Below are positions 30,031 to 43,961 of a stretch of 64,000 nucleotides of DNA, in pieces. The translations under genes were made by a program, and so were the position numbers. The DNA lies in assembly GCF_009914755.1 (NCBI RefSeq), contig NC_060938.1. One strand, 5' to 3'. The DNA is from the human T2T-CHM13v2.0 reference genome, Homo sapiens. The notes beneath the pieces were generated by a model, which worked only from the letters and a program-made list of their open reading frames with translations, searched no databases and was not told the DNA's origin. Every line of letters starts with the position of its first letter. The first letter of the stretch is position 1.

Positions 30031-30954
30031 GGTAGCAGCCGGCCTCCTCTTCCCAGGCAGTCCTCCCCACCCTCCAGCTCAGCACCACCCATCCTGGGCT
30101 GGAGGCAACAGAAGGGCCACACTGGCCACACATCCTGCAGTGCCCCCTCCTACCCAGCAGGCACTAACCCTTGGCCGCTGCTTCATCCCGAGGTGGCCAC
30201 TGCCCGCATGCCAGGCCCAGCGGGTCCTGCAGCTGCATGTTCCTGGCCGCCCTACACCTCTGAGGCATGAGCACTTCGGGTTTCCCCCAGCGAGGCCTGG
30301 GGCGCTCTCCTTGTGTGGGTTCACCAAAGAGCCCTGTGAGCTGAGCCACCAGAGCCTGGGGACGGCCCCATCTTCTCGAGGGACTTGGGAGATACCGCAA
30401 CTCCAGGCCTGCCTACTCCCTGGATCCCAGCATTCCAAAGGGTCACCAAAGGACAGAAATTCTTGGAGAGCAGAGAGAATCCTCTAATCTGAGACCCAAA
30501 AGGAGTTATCGATTTCATCACAGTCCAGGCTACCAGTGGGGTGGTGAGTTCCCCATCATAGGGGGAGAGAAAGCAGCGGCTGAACAGTCTTTCTTTGGGC
30601 AGAAGCCTCTGGAACAATGAAGGTTCCCAGTATGGCAAAGGAAGCTGCTTACCTACCCCAGTGCCAGAAGAGCTAACTCTGCTCCTCCAATCTCCACAGG
30701 ACCCTGCCGTGCAGAACGCCGTCTTACAAAGGAAAAAAGGAATGCTCAGAGTAGCCCAAGGTCACAAAGCCAGCCACCCACAGGACCAGCGGGGGTCGGC
30801 GGGCAGGGGCAGTATATTATTGGTCAAAGGCACATCCCTTCCTGTGAGGGACCCTTGGCCTAATGAAGGAGCTGCAAGAATAACCACATCTACTGCAACG
30901 CAAAGAGTGGAGCAAGGAGGCGCAGCCCAGGAGAGAGGGGCAGAGAACAGGGTG

Positions 30955-31110
30955 TGCTGACCAGGAGAAATCAGGGCCTCCTTCCTGAAGGAGGTGACAC
31001 TCGAGCTGAGCACTGAAGAGCAAGCAGGACTCTGACAGAGTTTGTGAGGATGGGGAAGACGAAAGGCACATAGGAGCTGAGGGCACAGCCTGAGCAAAGG
31101 CAGGGAGGTA
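30955..31110 (-). mobile_element. L2 fragment
   Basis: ttcctgaaggaggtgacactcgagctgag and cagcctgagcaaaggcagggagg. Confidence 0.6.
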
Positions 31111-31920
31111 GAGCCACAACAGGTCCAGGTACACCTGTGCTGTGCCCCTTAGCATCAGTGGCCATGCCAATCCCAGCTGACACCAGCTCCTGGAAGGGAT
31201 CACAGCTCTCGGAGGGGCAGGCTGAATGTGAAACGGGCATTATTTATGGATGAAGGCAAGAGGCCTGAGAGAGGGCATCGGGTTCCTGTGAGGACAGCTT
31301 TTGGCGGTGGCTGCATGGAGCCAGGCAGGCCTCAGTGCCCACAGCCCACAAATGGGCATGCAGGGTGTTGCAGGCCGAGGCAGCTGGCTGCAAGCTCAGC
31401 GATGCCTTCCAGTGCCCTGGGCGTGGAAAAGAGTTCTCCCATCCACTTGGGGCATAAAGAAGAGAACCATCTTTCCCATTCGCACACACACAGTTTGCTG
31501 AGTACCCACCATATGCCAGCACACACGGAGCACAACCCCATCACACCAAGCTGACGAGGGACATCCTGTAACTGCTACCACTGTGTCATCGACAAGGCGC
31601 CTGAGACTCAGCGATGTTAGGCAGCAAGGCCAAGGTCACCCGGCGGGAACCTTGCAGGGCTGAGATTTGAACCTGGGTCTGTCTACAGCCAAGGCTCTCT
31701 CCATCTAACTCGCAGCTTCCACACCAACCCCGGGGTTCTGGCGCACTGACCCTGGGCCTCTCAAGACATCATCACCATGGTTGTCAGGGCTGTTCATTCT
31801 AAGCTTTGCCTGGCAAGGAGGCACAGCAACTTTCACCTACTCCCCCAACAAAGAGACCGAGGTTCCGAGGGGCTCCATAACCACCCAGTCACAGAACTCA
31901 TAAAAACAGGGCTAAAATTT

Positions 31921-31925
<5 letters not shown>

Positions 31926-31953
<28 letters not shown>

Positions 31954-31969
31954 CTGTGTGTCTGTGTGT
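31926..31969. repeat. (TG)n microsatellite
   Basis: About 14 pure GT units followed by interrupted TCTG units. Confidence 0.95.
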
Positions 31970-33199
31970 TCCCACACCCAGGACTCTTCTAGACAACCCA
32001 CTGAGGCAGGGGATGGGGCTTGGAAGACAGCCTGACTCCCCTCTCCCAGAGCAGAAATTCTCTTCGTGACGCAAGGTGACTTTCAGGGCCCAGGCTCCAG
32101 GGAGCGTCACTCTGAACTCCATTATCCTTGACCCATCTCTCCTCCGAGACCTCGCCTCCAAGGGCACCAGATAAGCGCCCAGCCCCAGATGTGAAAAGAC
32201 TTGATGTTAGTGAGGTTTTCAGTCTGAGCCAAAGACCCCACAGCCTCTGAGCCTCGCCAGGTCACACATGGCCTGCAGGCTGGCACCAGCTTCCCCTGAG
32301 ATCCACCTCCATGCCCGGAGACATGGGATCATGGGAACCTAAAGTCCCACCTCGCGGATGCATGCAAAAACGGAGCTGCCATGACCGGAGCCCCACACTC
32401 TCCATCTCACACTCCCACAGCCGGATTAGAAATCAAACACGCCGAGGACACCCTTCCCAGTGCCTCCAGGGAAAAAAAGTAGCTAGAGAAGAGGAAAACG
32501 AACGGCTGCCCTAATGAGAATGAAATCTCCTGGTGCTGGCCGGTCAGCCTTCCCCAGTGAGTGCACGCCTGTCCTCTCAGTGTCATCTGTCCCCTCGTGG
32601 GCCACTCTGCTCTGGGCTGGGGACTCCCACACCGGCTGCCTGCCTCTCCCACACATCAGCTGCCTGCCTCTCCCCAGCTTCAGGGGCCACTGGGCACCCA
32701 GCATTTAATTCCAGGAAAAGCCACGAGGCTTCCCAATGACACTGCAATGTGGAGGGGGCAGCTGAATGGAAAGCCCCGCTCCGGCTCAGTTCATCTAGAA
32801 TGTGCCCTACTTTGGATCTGCCTGGGAACCACCAGTGTTCTCAAACCAAAACTCAAACTCATTTCTCCATCCGCTGCTTGGGAAGCCTGACAAGCCAAAT
32901 GAAAACTGTGTAATTGCTTCAAATATGGGGACAAGGGGAAAAGAATTCCTTCCCTGTGCCTTCAAGGGCTGCACGCATCTGGAAATTGACCTGTGTGTGT
33001 GAGACGGTGGTGCAGGTGTCGGCACTGTTAATGCCCATCACACTCCCCTACCAACCCCAACTTCACTGCTGAAGTTGGGAATCAGTGATAGATCTGGACT
33101 GTGTGCAGACATCAGCTAGTCCCGCCGGGGAGAGACATCTCACCACACAGCGGTCACATCACATTCAGCCTGCAGCTCCCAGCATCAGGCTGAAAGGTA

Positions 33200-33335
33200 C
33201 GCCCTCCTGGCTCCTTGGAGAGCTTTTAAAATCTGATCTCTTCCCCTGAGACTAACTGGACACTCTAGGGGAGGGACCTGGGCATCAGTTTGCATTTTAA
33301 ACGCCCTGTGGGTGATTCTAACATGCAGCTCTGTG
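33200..33335. mobile_element. MER5-like hAT DNA transposon remnant
   Basis: ggagagcttttaaaat, then gggacctgggcatcagtttgcattttaaacgccctgtgggtgattctaacatgcagc. Confidence 0.6.
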
Positions 33336-34322
33336 GTCACTGTTCCAATCATCCAACTCCCAGCCTCCAACTCCGAGGGACCCTTTACCCTCCTGCCCCT
33401 GACTATTAATTAGTGGAGCTGAACTCTGAAGCAAAGGCAAAAAAAGCTAGAGGGATTATGATGCAACTAATCGCGCAGGACTGAAGTCTGCATGGGGGGG
33501 GGGAATAAACAACCCTTACCGAGCCCTAGAACGCAGGTGCCAAGCCCCCCGGTAGCATAAAGGGGAGAATTTTGCTGGTTTCAGGAGAAAGTGTGTGGGG
33601 GCTGCTTTCATCACTAGATGTCAACCAAATCTCTATCGAGTGCCAGGCTCTGTGGGAAGAGCTGGGGGGCCAGGATGATGCCCTGCCCCCACAGCTCTGC
33701 CCCGGAGCCTGCTTTCCTGCAGAGTTAGTAAGAACAGTGGGGAGGCGTGGGAGGGGTGGGACATCTCAGCCACATGCAGAGGTGGGAGGTGCAGCAGGTG
33801 GAGGCGGCTCAGGAAACAGGGAAATCCAGGCTTGGCTGGGTCATCACAGCCAGCACTGGGAGAGCCGCTCAGGGAAGGCACTTGATCTGCGGTGAGAGCA
33901 GTGGTGGGAATCCAAGGCCCTGCAGCAAGAGAAAGAGGGGGCTCTGGGCGGTTCCATCTGGCAGCAGCAACACATCTGGACTGTGTTTCACTGAGGCAAT
34001 GAAAACAAGAATAAATCCTCACCAGCCAGGTGGTAGGATTCCTAGGGCGATGGGAGTTCAGAGAAGACAGCTCTATGTGCACCAGACTCTACAGGAAAGA
34101 TAACATAGCCACGTGGAGAGGCAAGGTGGAGCCCAGAAAAGACCCACACACCTGGTGTGTGGCCACGGTGCCGGCGGGGAAAGAACAGAGCGCTTCATGA
34201 ACGGGGCTGCAGTAGCAACAAGCTGTCCACCCAGAAAACAGTAAAACTCTATCTCAGCCTCACACCATATACAGAAAACAGTTCCAGGAAGGTCAGAGAG
34301 TTCTATGTGAAAAAACTATTTT

Positions 34323-34662
34323 GACCAGGCACAGTGGCTCATGCCTGTAATCCCAGCACTTTGGGAGGCCAATGTGGGAGGATCGCTTGAGCCCAGGAGT
34401 TAGAGACCAGCCTGAGCAACATAGCGAGACCCCATTGTGATTTCTTTTTTTTTAATTTTACACTTTTTTTCCTGAGGTCAGCCATGGTGGTACATGCTTG
34501 TAGGCCCAGCCACTCAGGAGGCTGAGATAGGAGGATCACTTGAAGCTAGGAGTTCAAAGCCGTAGTGTGCTATCATGCCTGTGAATAGCCACTGCACCTC
34601 AGCCTGGGCAACATAGCAAACTCCCATCTCTAAAAATCATAAAATAATAAAAATAACAAAAA
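34323..34662 (+). mobile_element. AluJ-like element with an atypical T-rich linker
   Basis: Left arm ggatcgcttgagcccaggagtt and a right-arm-like segment, separated by a T-rich stretch at ~34440-34470. Confidence 0.85.
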
Positions 34663-34908
34663 CTTCGGCTTTTCTTATATTACAGGAAAGAAGTGAGACA
34701 CCAAAGATCGTATACTGTACGTTTCCATTTATATAAAATCTCCAGAATAGGCAGATTCATAGAGACAAAGTAGATGAGTAGTTTCCAGGGGCTGGTGCAG
34801 GCAAGGAGGGGATAGGGGGTGACTGCTAATGGAAACGGGGTTCCTTTCTGGGGTGACTAAAATGATCCAGAATTAGATAGTGGTGATAAGTGTGCAACTC
34901 TGCGACTA

Positions 34909-35360
<452 letters not shown>

Positions 35361-36109
35361 GCATACTTTTAGTTTGTGAATTCTATCTCCATAAAACTAT
35401 TATTTTAAAACAAAGAGAACATTTTAAAGAAAAATAAAAACTTGAGCTTTCAGGTAGAAAAGGATTTCTTAATCAAGGAACAAAAAGAACAAACCATGAA
35501 GGGAACGACCGTGAAACCCGACTATATGAGGATTACAAACGCTGCCAGAGAGTGGCTAGGTGAGCAGAGTTGGACAACAAGCTGCCATCTGGGAGGAGCC
35601 ATGTGTAAGTCCCCTCCCAGATAAAGGATCATACCCAGAATCCCTAACATCAATAAGGAAATACATGGGAAGGGGCAGAGGTATAGGAAGAGGAGAGCCA
35701 CAAAAGACGAATCCTGGATAGCCAAGAAGTCTGTGAGGAGACGCCCAACCGCAGGTGTCATCAAGGAAACCCAATTCCGACAATGAGATGCCACTGGATT
35801 GGCGGAGAGTAAAAAGTGGTCATGCTGTGTGACGGTGCACACGTAAGAACGGGCCACACAGGGGATGCTGATGATCGGCGCAGCGGATCAGAGAGCAGCC
35901 TGGCGCGGTTTCCTGCAGCTGAAGATGCTCACACCCTTGACAAAGCCCAGCACAAGCGCCCAACGAGACAGGCACAAGACCGTGTCTGCCAACACCAGCT
36001 GTACTAGTGAAAACTGTAAACCACCCAAATGCCCTCCCCAGGAGACCAGACAAATTGTCGTTTAACCCAACAATGAAATACTGTAGCGAGATAAAAATGA
36101 ACAAACAAG

Positions 36110-36270
36110 AGCCAGGCAGAGGGGCACACTCCTATAGTCCCAGGTACTCGGGAGACCGAGGCGGGAGGCGTGCTGGAGCTCAGGAGTGTGAGTCCAGCCC
36201 GGGCAATCTAAAAAAAGACCACCTCTAAAAACTAAAAGCAAAAAAACCCAAAACAAAAACAAAACAAAAA
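36110..36270 (+). mobile_element. Alu monomer (FLAM-like) with an A-rich tail
   Basis: gccaggcagaggggcacactcctatagtcccaggtactcgggagaccgaggcgggagg, then ccagcccgggcaa and an A-rich tail. Confidence 0.75.
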
Positions 36271-37540
36271 GATGAACCAAATACATCTCAAAAACATGAA
36301 GAGGATGGGGGCAAGTCACTGAGGGACACACAGTGCGATGCCATTTCTACAAAGTCTGAAAATCTGCAAAGCATCCTCACATTGTTAGAGGCTTGCCAGG
36401 CAGGAGAAATTTTTAAAAACTGCACGAGAATGCTGAGCTCCGATTCTGGGCCTCAGCTCTCCCTGGGAAAAGTCGGGGAGGGAGGAGGATGACACACAGG
36501 GTGCCTCCGCTCCACCTGCCAAGCTTGATTTCTTAAAAGGCAAAGATCTGAAGCTAAAATGCTTATTGCTGACAGTGTGATAAAGGCGGGCTGTGGAGTA
36601 ATCGCTGTCTCATTATTCTCCAAGCTTATTGCTTTTTATCTATTTCTTAATAAGAAGTAAGTTAAAGGAAGAAAGTCTGGGCGGCTGTTCTAGAAAAGAT
36701 GCTGGAAACTCCTCATGTTGTACCACTTCCTCCCCGGGTCCCCATTCCTGGGCTGCATATGGAAATCCCACAAACACCCCCAGCAGTGACCTCCTTGGGT
36801 GCCACCCACTCCCAGAAGGAGTAGCCCAACAGCAGCAGTTGAGAGCCCCAGGGAGATGAGGGGTTCACAGGCGTCTGGCTGGAAGGTGGTGGTAGGAAGC
36901 CACCCACCAGCACACAGAGGCCAGAGCAGGCCCCCTCTTTGCCCCAACCTGCTCTGTGACCTTGGACAAGCCCCTTCCCTTTCCCAGGCCCCAGAGAAAT
37001 GAGGGCAGGAGGCCCAGATAACTCAGAGGACTCAGAGGGCAGGACAGGAACGCAACTGGGTCTCCTGCGAGACACTGTCCCCGAAATTAGGCAGAGCGGA
37101 GTGGACCTGCCCGGTTAGAAGCGAGATAGACTCAGTTTGAGGATAGCAAATTGGGCTTCCCGCGTTTCACATAAAACTAACAGCAGGGTGATTGTTGACC
37201 GAAATGATCATCAACAAGCCTGGCTTAATAGTGCCATCCTCCCAGAGGTCCTGGGGAGGACACATTCTTCCAGCCGTGGAGAAGGACCAGCTCCTTTCAT
37301 GCGCAGGGCATGTTGCAAGAGGAGATAATTGGTGCTGAGCAATGCAAACAACACAAGCTGTGTGCCCGTGAGGGCTGCTGCGATCTCTGTTCAGAAGAGG
37401 CAGTGTAGTGTGGGGGAAGAAACTGGGTCAGGAGTCCCAGCCCTGGCAGCGCCCTCCATGACACACTGGGCCTCAGTTTCCCCAAATGACAACACAAGGG
37501 CCTTGTTCTGGATAAAGTTCTCAGCCTGGGCTTGTGAACC

Positions 37541-37982
37541 GTAGTCAGCAGAATAACAACCCCTCAAAGATGCCCCCACCCTAATCCTCAGGATCTCTGA
37601 ATGCTATCTGACCTGGCAAATGGGACTTTGCAGATGAGATCAAGGTTATGGAACTCAAAATTAGGAGGAGATTAGTCTGGATTATCCAGGTGGGCCCAAT
37701 CTAACTGCATGAATGTTTAAAAACAGAGAGCCTTTCCCCGCTGAGCTCAGAGGGAGATGTGACCACGGTGGGGTGGCCACTGTAATACTGAAGATGGGGA
37801 AGGGGAGAAGCTGGACAGACAGGGAAGCGGGCTCTCCCCTCTGGCCCCTAGAAGGGAACGCAGCCCTGCTGATGCCTTGATTTTGGCACTTCTGACCTCC
37901 AGAACTGCAAGAGAATAAATGTGTGTTGTTTAGGCCACCAGGGTGTAGTCATGTGTGACAGCAGCCATAGGAAACCCACACA
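37541..37982 (+). mobile_element. MLT1 solo LTR (MLT1D-like)
   Basis: gcagaataac, gggactttgcagatg, ctggattatccaggtgggccc, cttctgacctccagaactgcaagagaataaatgtgtgttgttta. Confidence 0.88.
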
Positions 37983-37994
37983 AGAACTACAAGT

Positions 37995-38160
37995 CATGGC
38001 TGTGTGACTTTAGGTTGCTTGCTTAGTCACTCTGAGCCTCGGTTTCACTTAAAAATGAGATAAAAACCCAACCTTAGGAGACTGCAGTGCAGACTAGGAG
38101 AAGACCAGCTCCGAAAGCCCTGGCATAGGACCTGGACTTAGCAGATACTTCACAAAAACT
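37995..38160 (+). mobile_element. MIR
   Basis: gctgtgtgactttagg and cactctgagcctcggtttc. Confidence 0.55.
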
Positions 38161-38769
38161 GCCCTGTTCCCCGACTGCTCACACTCTAACTGTCCGACCT
38201 TGATGGAAAGGAAGGGCCAGCTGAGGCCTGCACGCTGCCCTCTGAGCCGAGATACCAGCACCAGCTGACCATGGGGACAGCGGTACCATAACAGGCCTGG
38301 GGTGCCCAGGCCACACTCCTCCAATATACGACTGCTCACCTGGGTCCAGCTCGACCAAGCTGCTGGCACCAGCCTCCATCACCAATCCAGCAAAGGCTAC
38401 CACATCACTGCCAACATTACCCAGTGCAGGCATGCACACTGCAAGGTGATCCAAAGCCAGTGTGGTATCACCCATACAGTGCATAGCCTCTTCTCTATTC
38501 TAAAGTTGAGGTTTTGTAGACCATGAAGTACTGGAACCACTAGCTGCTTGTGACATAATGACAAACCAATGCTAATTCCATATGCGGCAGAGGAGATGCC
38601 CTCCCAGCCCTAACGGAGTCCTGGGGTGGGGTGAGGGTCACAGCGTACACGGAGCACTGGGGCTGGACAGACACTAGAGATTGGCCACCAAGTTCACACC
38701 ACCAGTATGCGCATCCTGCCAGAGGCCACACGGGATTGGAGGCAGTGGGGGGAAGGTCACATGAACAAG

Positions 38770-39215
38770 CAAGCAGGTGAACAGGTGAATGAGTGAGCAG
38801 GTAGGTGTGCAGGTGAGCAGGTGAATGAGTGAGCAAGTGAGTATGCAGATGAGCAGGTGAATGAGCAGGTGGGTGTGCAGGTGAGCAGGTGAATGAGTGA
38901 GCAGGTAAGTGAGCAAGTGGGTGTAGAAGGCAGTGTGCAGGTGGGTGTGCAGGTGAGTACGTGAGTGTGCAGGTGGGTGGGCAGGTGAGTGTGCAGGTGG
39001 GTGTGCAGGTGAGTGCGCAGGTGGGTGAGAGGTGAGTGTGCAGGTGGGTGAGCAGTTGAGTGTGCAGGTGGGTGAGAGGTGAGTGTGCAGGTGGGTGAGA
39101 GGTGGGTGTGCAGGTGGGTGAGAGGTGAGTGTGCAGGTGGGTGAGCAGGTGGGTGGGCAGATGGGTGAGCAGGTGAGTGAGCAAGTGAGTAAGCACGCAG
39201 CAGGCAGGTGAGCGC
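38770..39215. repeat. Tetramer-based (GCAG/GTGA/GTGG/GTGT) simple-repeat array with about 23 CAGGTG copies
   Basis: Hand count. Explains the His/Thr/Pro-repeat pseudo-ORFs 38540..39235 and 38757..39266. Confidence 0.92.
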
Positions 39216-40537
39216 AGGCTGAGACCAGAGTCCACCAGCCAGGCTCAGCCTCCCACTCCCCAGCAAGCCCCCTCCCTAGGTCAGAGCCTCTAGGGAAAAG
39301 GGCTCAAGAGACAGCCCAAGCCAAATTCTAGCAGACAGGTGGGACCAGCGACAGCAGCCAGGTCCCAAAAGAAGAAAGGAAAGCAGAGGAAAAGTAAATT
39401 CCAGGCCCCGGGCCCATGTGGCAGTGAGGACCTGAGGCTAAGAGGAGGCCAAGGAGGATGGCCTTGGTCCCAGACAACCTGGAGGTCTCATCTGAAAGCC
39501 TCAAGGGTGGGCACTAACCCTGAACCTGGGGGTCCAGGTGGGAGGCTCAGGAGGGAGTGGAGGAGGCGAAGCTCCTCCCAGGCCCGGCTAGCCTGCGCCC
39601 CAAAAAGCCCCAAGGTTGATCAGGCTGTGAGCCCCCTCTAGCTGCCCCTGCACCACTGGGGAGGAGGTAGGCAGGACCTGGGCCACACTGCTAGGGGTGC
39701 TGCAATCCTGCCCTACGGCCCAAGCATTCTGCGGAGGCTGACACACCTGCCCTCCACAAGGGTCTCTGGGGGCCTTCATGAGACTGACCCCAGCAAGGCA
39801 GGACCAGGCCCTTGCAGGGAGGGGGAGGCGCAAACCTGAGCCCCACAGTGCTTCAGAGAGAGCCTGGGCACAGAGTCAGCAGGTCTGTGCTGGCTGAGTG
39901 TGTTGGGCAGGAGTGTCTCTGCCCAAGCCTCAGTGTCCCCTCAGTCCGGTGGGATGAGGTCAGACTCTCTAGACCTCCCAAAGGGAAGGCCAGGCACCCT
40001 GACAGCCCCCTTCTGGAGAGGGGCCTGGCCAGTTGAAGGTGCTGGCACTGACGGAGCTGTTGGTGTCTGAGGTGTAGGAGGGGTTGCCAAGCCAACCTCC
40101 ACCCAGGCCCTCCCCATCCTGTCACCACTTCACGTGCTCAGCTGCCAATGACCCATAGGCCAGGCTGCCTTTCACCCAGTAAGTGCAGCTGGAATCATCG
40201 CCCTTTGGACCCAAGGTTCTCCCCGCAAGGGGGCCACGAGCTTCCGGGGCTCAAGGGTCACCTGCTCACCTTGGGCAAGGCTTGGAAAACCCGGTGCTTC
40301 CTGCATGGCTCTTGGCACCGTGACATCACTGGGTGACCCAAAATAGGACTAACAGACCAGGAGCTCGTTGTCCTGCTGGCCAGGGACTTGGTTACCCCAG
40401 GCCACTGGGGATGGCCTGGGGGTGTGGCCCTCAATGGGAGAAGGACCCTAGGCTTCCCCTAGCAGTGCCAGATAGAAGGGAGGAGAGGCCTGGGGTCAGC
40501 TGGGCCTCTGTAATCACAGAAACACTGGTCTCACATC

Positions 40538-41096
<559 letters not shown>

Positions 41097-41627
41097 ATGG
41101 CTCTTGAACACATGGCATCCCTCAGCCTCAGCAGCGCCTCTGTAAAGGGAGGCTGTTCAATGACTGCATGCCGAGCCCCCAAGGGCACAGATGCAAAGCC
41201 CTGCACAGAAGCCCAGGGCTGGGCTGAGCCCCTGCGGCGGAGATAGGGCAAGGACCCGAGGCTGAGGGCAGGGTCCACCCACGGGAACAGCTCCCCTGAG
41301 CTGTGCTGGGGACGGTCCCTTCTCCCCATGACCTCAAGAGATGGGCTCAAACTTGGGGGACAGAGGGTCCAGGGTCCTGCCTCTCCCATCCCAGGAAGCC
41401 ACTGATTCTGCACTCTGGGAGAGTGCAGGTTGCGGGAGGGACAGGACTGTGTCTTGCTCTCAGAGCTGCTGCAGACCCTCTCCCCGCCACCCAGTGTGGT
41501 CGGCTCCACTTGCTCCGTGAATCTGTCTACACTGCTTTCCTGCCTGAACTCTCCGGAGCCACCCACCCCAGCTTCAGTCCCCTGCCCCATGCCCTCAGCC
41601 CACACCCTCAGCTCCAGTAACTGAAGA

Positions 41628-41741
41628 GGACTGTGGCCATCCCAGCACACGAGCTCCCCCATGGCACTGTGCTTCTAACCAAGCCCGGGACTGTGGCCAT
41701 CCCAGCACACAAGCCCCACCATGGCACTGCACTTCTAACCA
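41628..41741. repeat. Tandem repeat, 60-bp unit x~1.9
   Basis: ggactgtggccatcccagcacac...ccatggcactg...cttctaacca occurs at 41628 and 41688. Confidence 0.9.
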
Positions 41742-43569
41742 GATCCTTCGTTTCTAGGGATACACCCCCACCCAGCCTTGGTCACTGTGGCAGGCAAGGC
41801 CTCCGCCTGAGTGTGCCCGCCCGGCACAGCAGAAAGCCTGGCACTGGAGTGTGCATGTCCCTCTGCAGGCTCCTGCAGGGCTGTGTCTGGCACAGCGTGA
41901 TCTGCAGCCCCAGCTGTGGCAGGCGGGCAGGGGGTAAGCGCATGCTGGCAGCCCGCACATCACTGCATGCTGCCAGCTCCGAGCAGGTGACAGCAGGAAC
42001 CGTTAGCCTTGCTGTCAAATGAGGACCCCGGTCAATGGGAAGCCACCACCCACAGGCCCAGGTCTGACCTGGTCCCCACCCAGGCTCAAGCTCCTCTTCT
42101 CGGGTTGCTCCAGCCTTTCTGCAGGATCAACACCTAACTGGGCTCTCAGAAAAGCCAACGGGCATGTCTGAGGTCCCACCTCGAAGCTCGTCATCATAAA
42201 CGGGGCACAGGGCACCCACAGTGAGTGGAGTAGAGTTCATGACTCCTGGTCCTACCACCTCCTTGCTGTGTGACTCTGAGCAGGTTTCTTTCCCTCTCTG
42301 GGCCCCAGAGCACCTCTCTGTACAAGGGAGTTGAGAGCTTCCAAGGACCCTTCTGGCAGCACAGGTGGGCACAGATGGACATAGGCCCATGGGGGCCTCA
42401 GGTCTGGTGCCTGCCCACAAGACTGTGTTTCTTTAAGAAAGGTATGAGCAAGAACAGACTTGAAGGTCAGGGGAGAGCCAGTGCCAGGATGAGGTCAATG
42501 TTTGGTTACTGATGAGAACAAACAGGCCTCAGTCCTGCAGAGGGTGACCTTGCTGGAAGTGAGGCGGGTGGGACAGGGTGCTAGGGAGCCTCCCTCTGTG
42601 TAATCACGCCCACAGGTGAGAGGTGACAGCCCAGCTGCTGAGAACTGCCCCAAGCCAACTCCTGGTCTCAACAGGGAGGATGGCGTGGGCCCTCAGAGCC
42701 TCATGGGATGGGACAAGTGGGCCTTAAAGATCAGCCTGTCCCCACCTGTCCTACCAGCAGGACGACCTTGGGACTCTAGGGTGTCCGCCGGCTTGTCCAA
42801 GGCTACAGGTCAAGTCAGTGGCATGGCCGGGGTGACAACATGTGCCCTGGCCCTGCCCCACAGCTGTCCTATGAGCACACACACCTGGGCCTTCAAATCC
42901 CTTCTCCTCCCTGGCACACAGCCACTTTTTTCTCCCAGGCCAAGTGGCAATAATGATAATAAGAGCCAGGGATTACAACCCTGTTGGATGAAATAAAAAT
43001 CCTGAGTCCACGCTGATAAAAAGGCATCCATACATAGCTCACTGAGGGAAAGGGGAAGCGGCCCTCCCAGGAGAAGGCCAAGTATTAAATGTGGAAGGAG
43101 GTGGAAGGACGGGAGAAGTTAGAAAATCAGCATCGTCCCCACCAGACAGCTAACTGTGGATGCTGAGACAAGTGCGTGTCTGCCTGTTGGAGACCAAGAC
43201 ATCTGCATGTCTCCAAGAGTCTCCCGCAAACCAGTTATTACTTACAGAGATTTGTATGCTCAGCTTACAATGGGGGACCCTCCCAAACCACGTGATCAAG
43301 TTCACACCCCAAGATGCACACCTCAGGTGCCCCTGATCAGACACACGTCCCTTGTGGGCTGTTCTTGCCCAAAATGCACAGCCTGAACCTAATGACACGG
43401 AAACATCAGACAGCCTGATCGGCTGATCTTCTACCAAAGAACCAGTCTGTACTGTCAATGCAGTTGGAAAAATGTCAATGTAAAGAAAGATTGAGACACA
43501 GTTCCAAATGAAGGAAAGCTAAAGAGAGAATGGACCACATATGATCCTGCATTAGAAAATAATCACTCA

Positions 43570-43858
43570 GGCCGGGTGCAGTGGCTCACGCCTGTAATAC
43601 CAGCACTGAGAAGCCATGGAGCAAGGATCACTTGAGCCCAGGAGTTCAAGACCAGTCTGGGCAACATAGCGGCATCCCGCCTCCACAGAACATTTTTAAA
43701 ATTAGCCGGGCATGGTGGTGCATGCCTGTAGTCCCAGCTACTTGGGAGGCTAAGGCGGGAGGATCACTTGAGCCCTGTTGAGGTTGCAGTGAACTATGAT
43801 CACACCACTGCACTCCAGCCTGAGTCACAGAATGAGACCCTGTCTCTTAAAAAAGAAA
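43570..43858 (+). mobile_element. AluJ-like
   Basis: ggatcacttgagcccaggagttcaagacc and gaactatgatcacaccactgcactccagcc. Confidence 0.92.
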
Positions 43859-43961
43859 CTTGCTCTAGAGCATCATATTGGGACAAGTATTAATAGTATC
43901 AACGTTAAATGTTCTGATATTGATCATTTTTTGTCACTATGCTATATGAAAGTTCTCGTCC

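Noticed and set aside
38280-38545. Possible hAT-Charlie DNA transposon remnant ending in ggaaccactag
   Set aside because: No matching terminal inverted repeat could be identified by eye; needs a Dfam search.
38540-39266. His/Thr/Pro-repeat ORFs
   Set aside because: Translations of the CAGGTG simple repeat.
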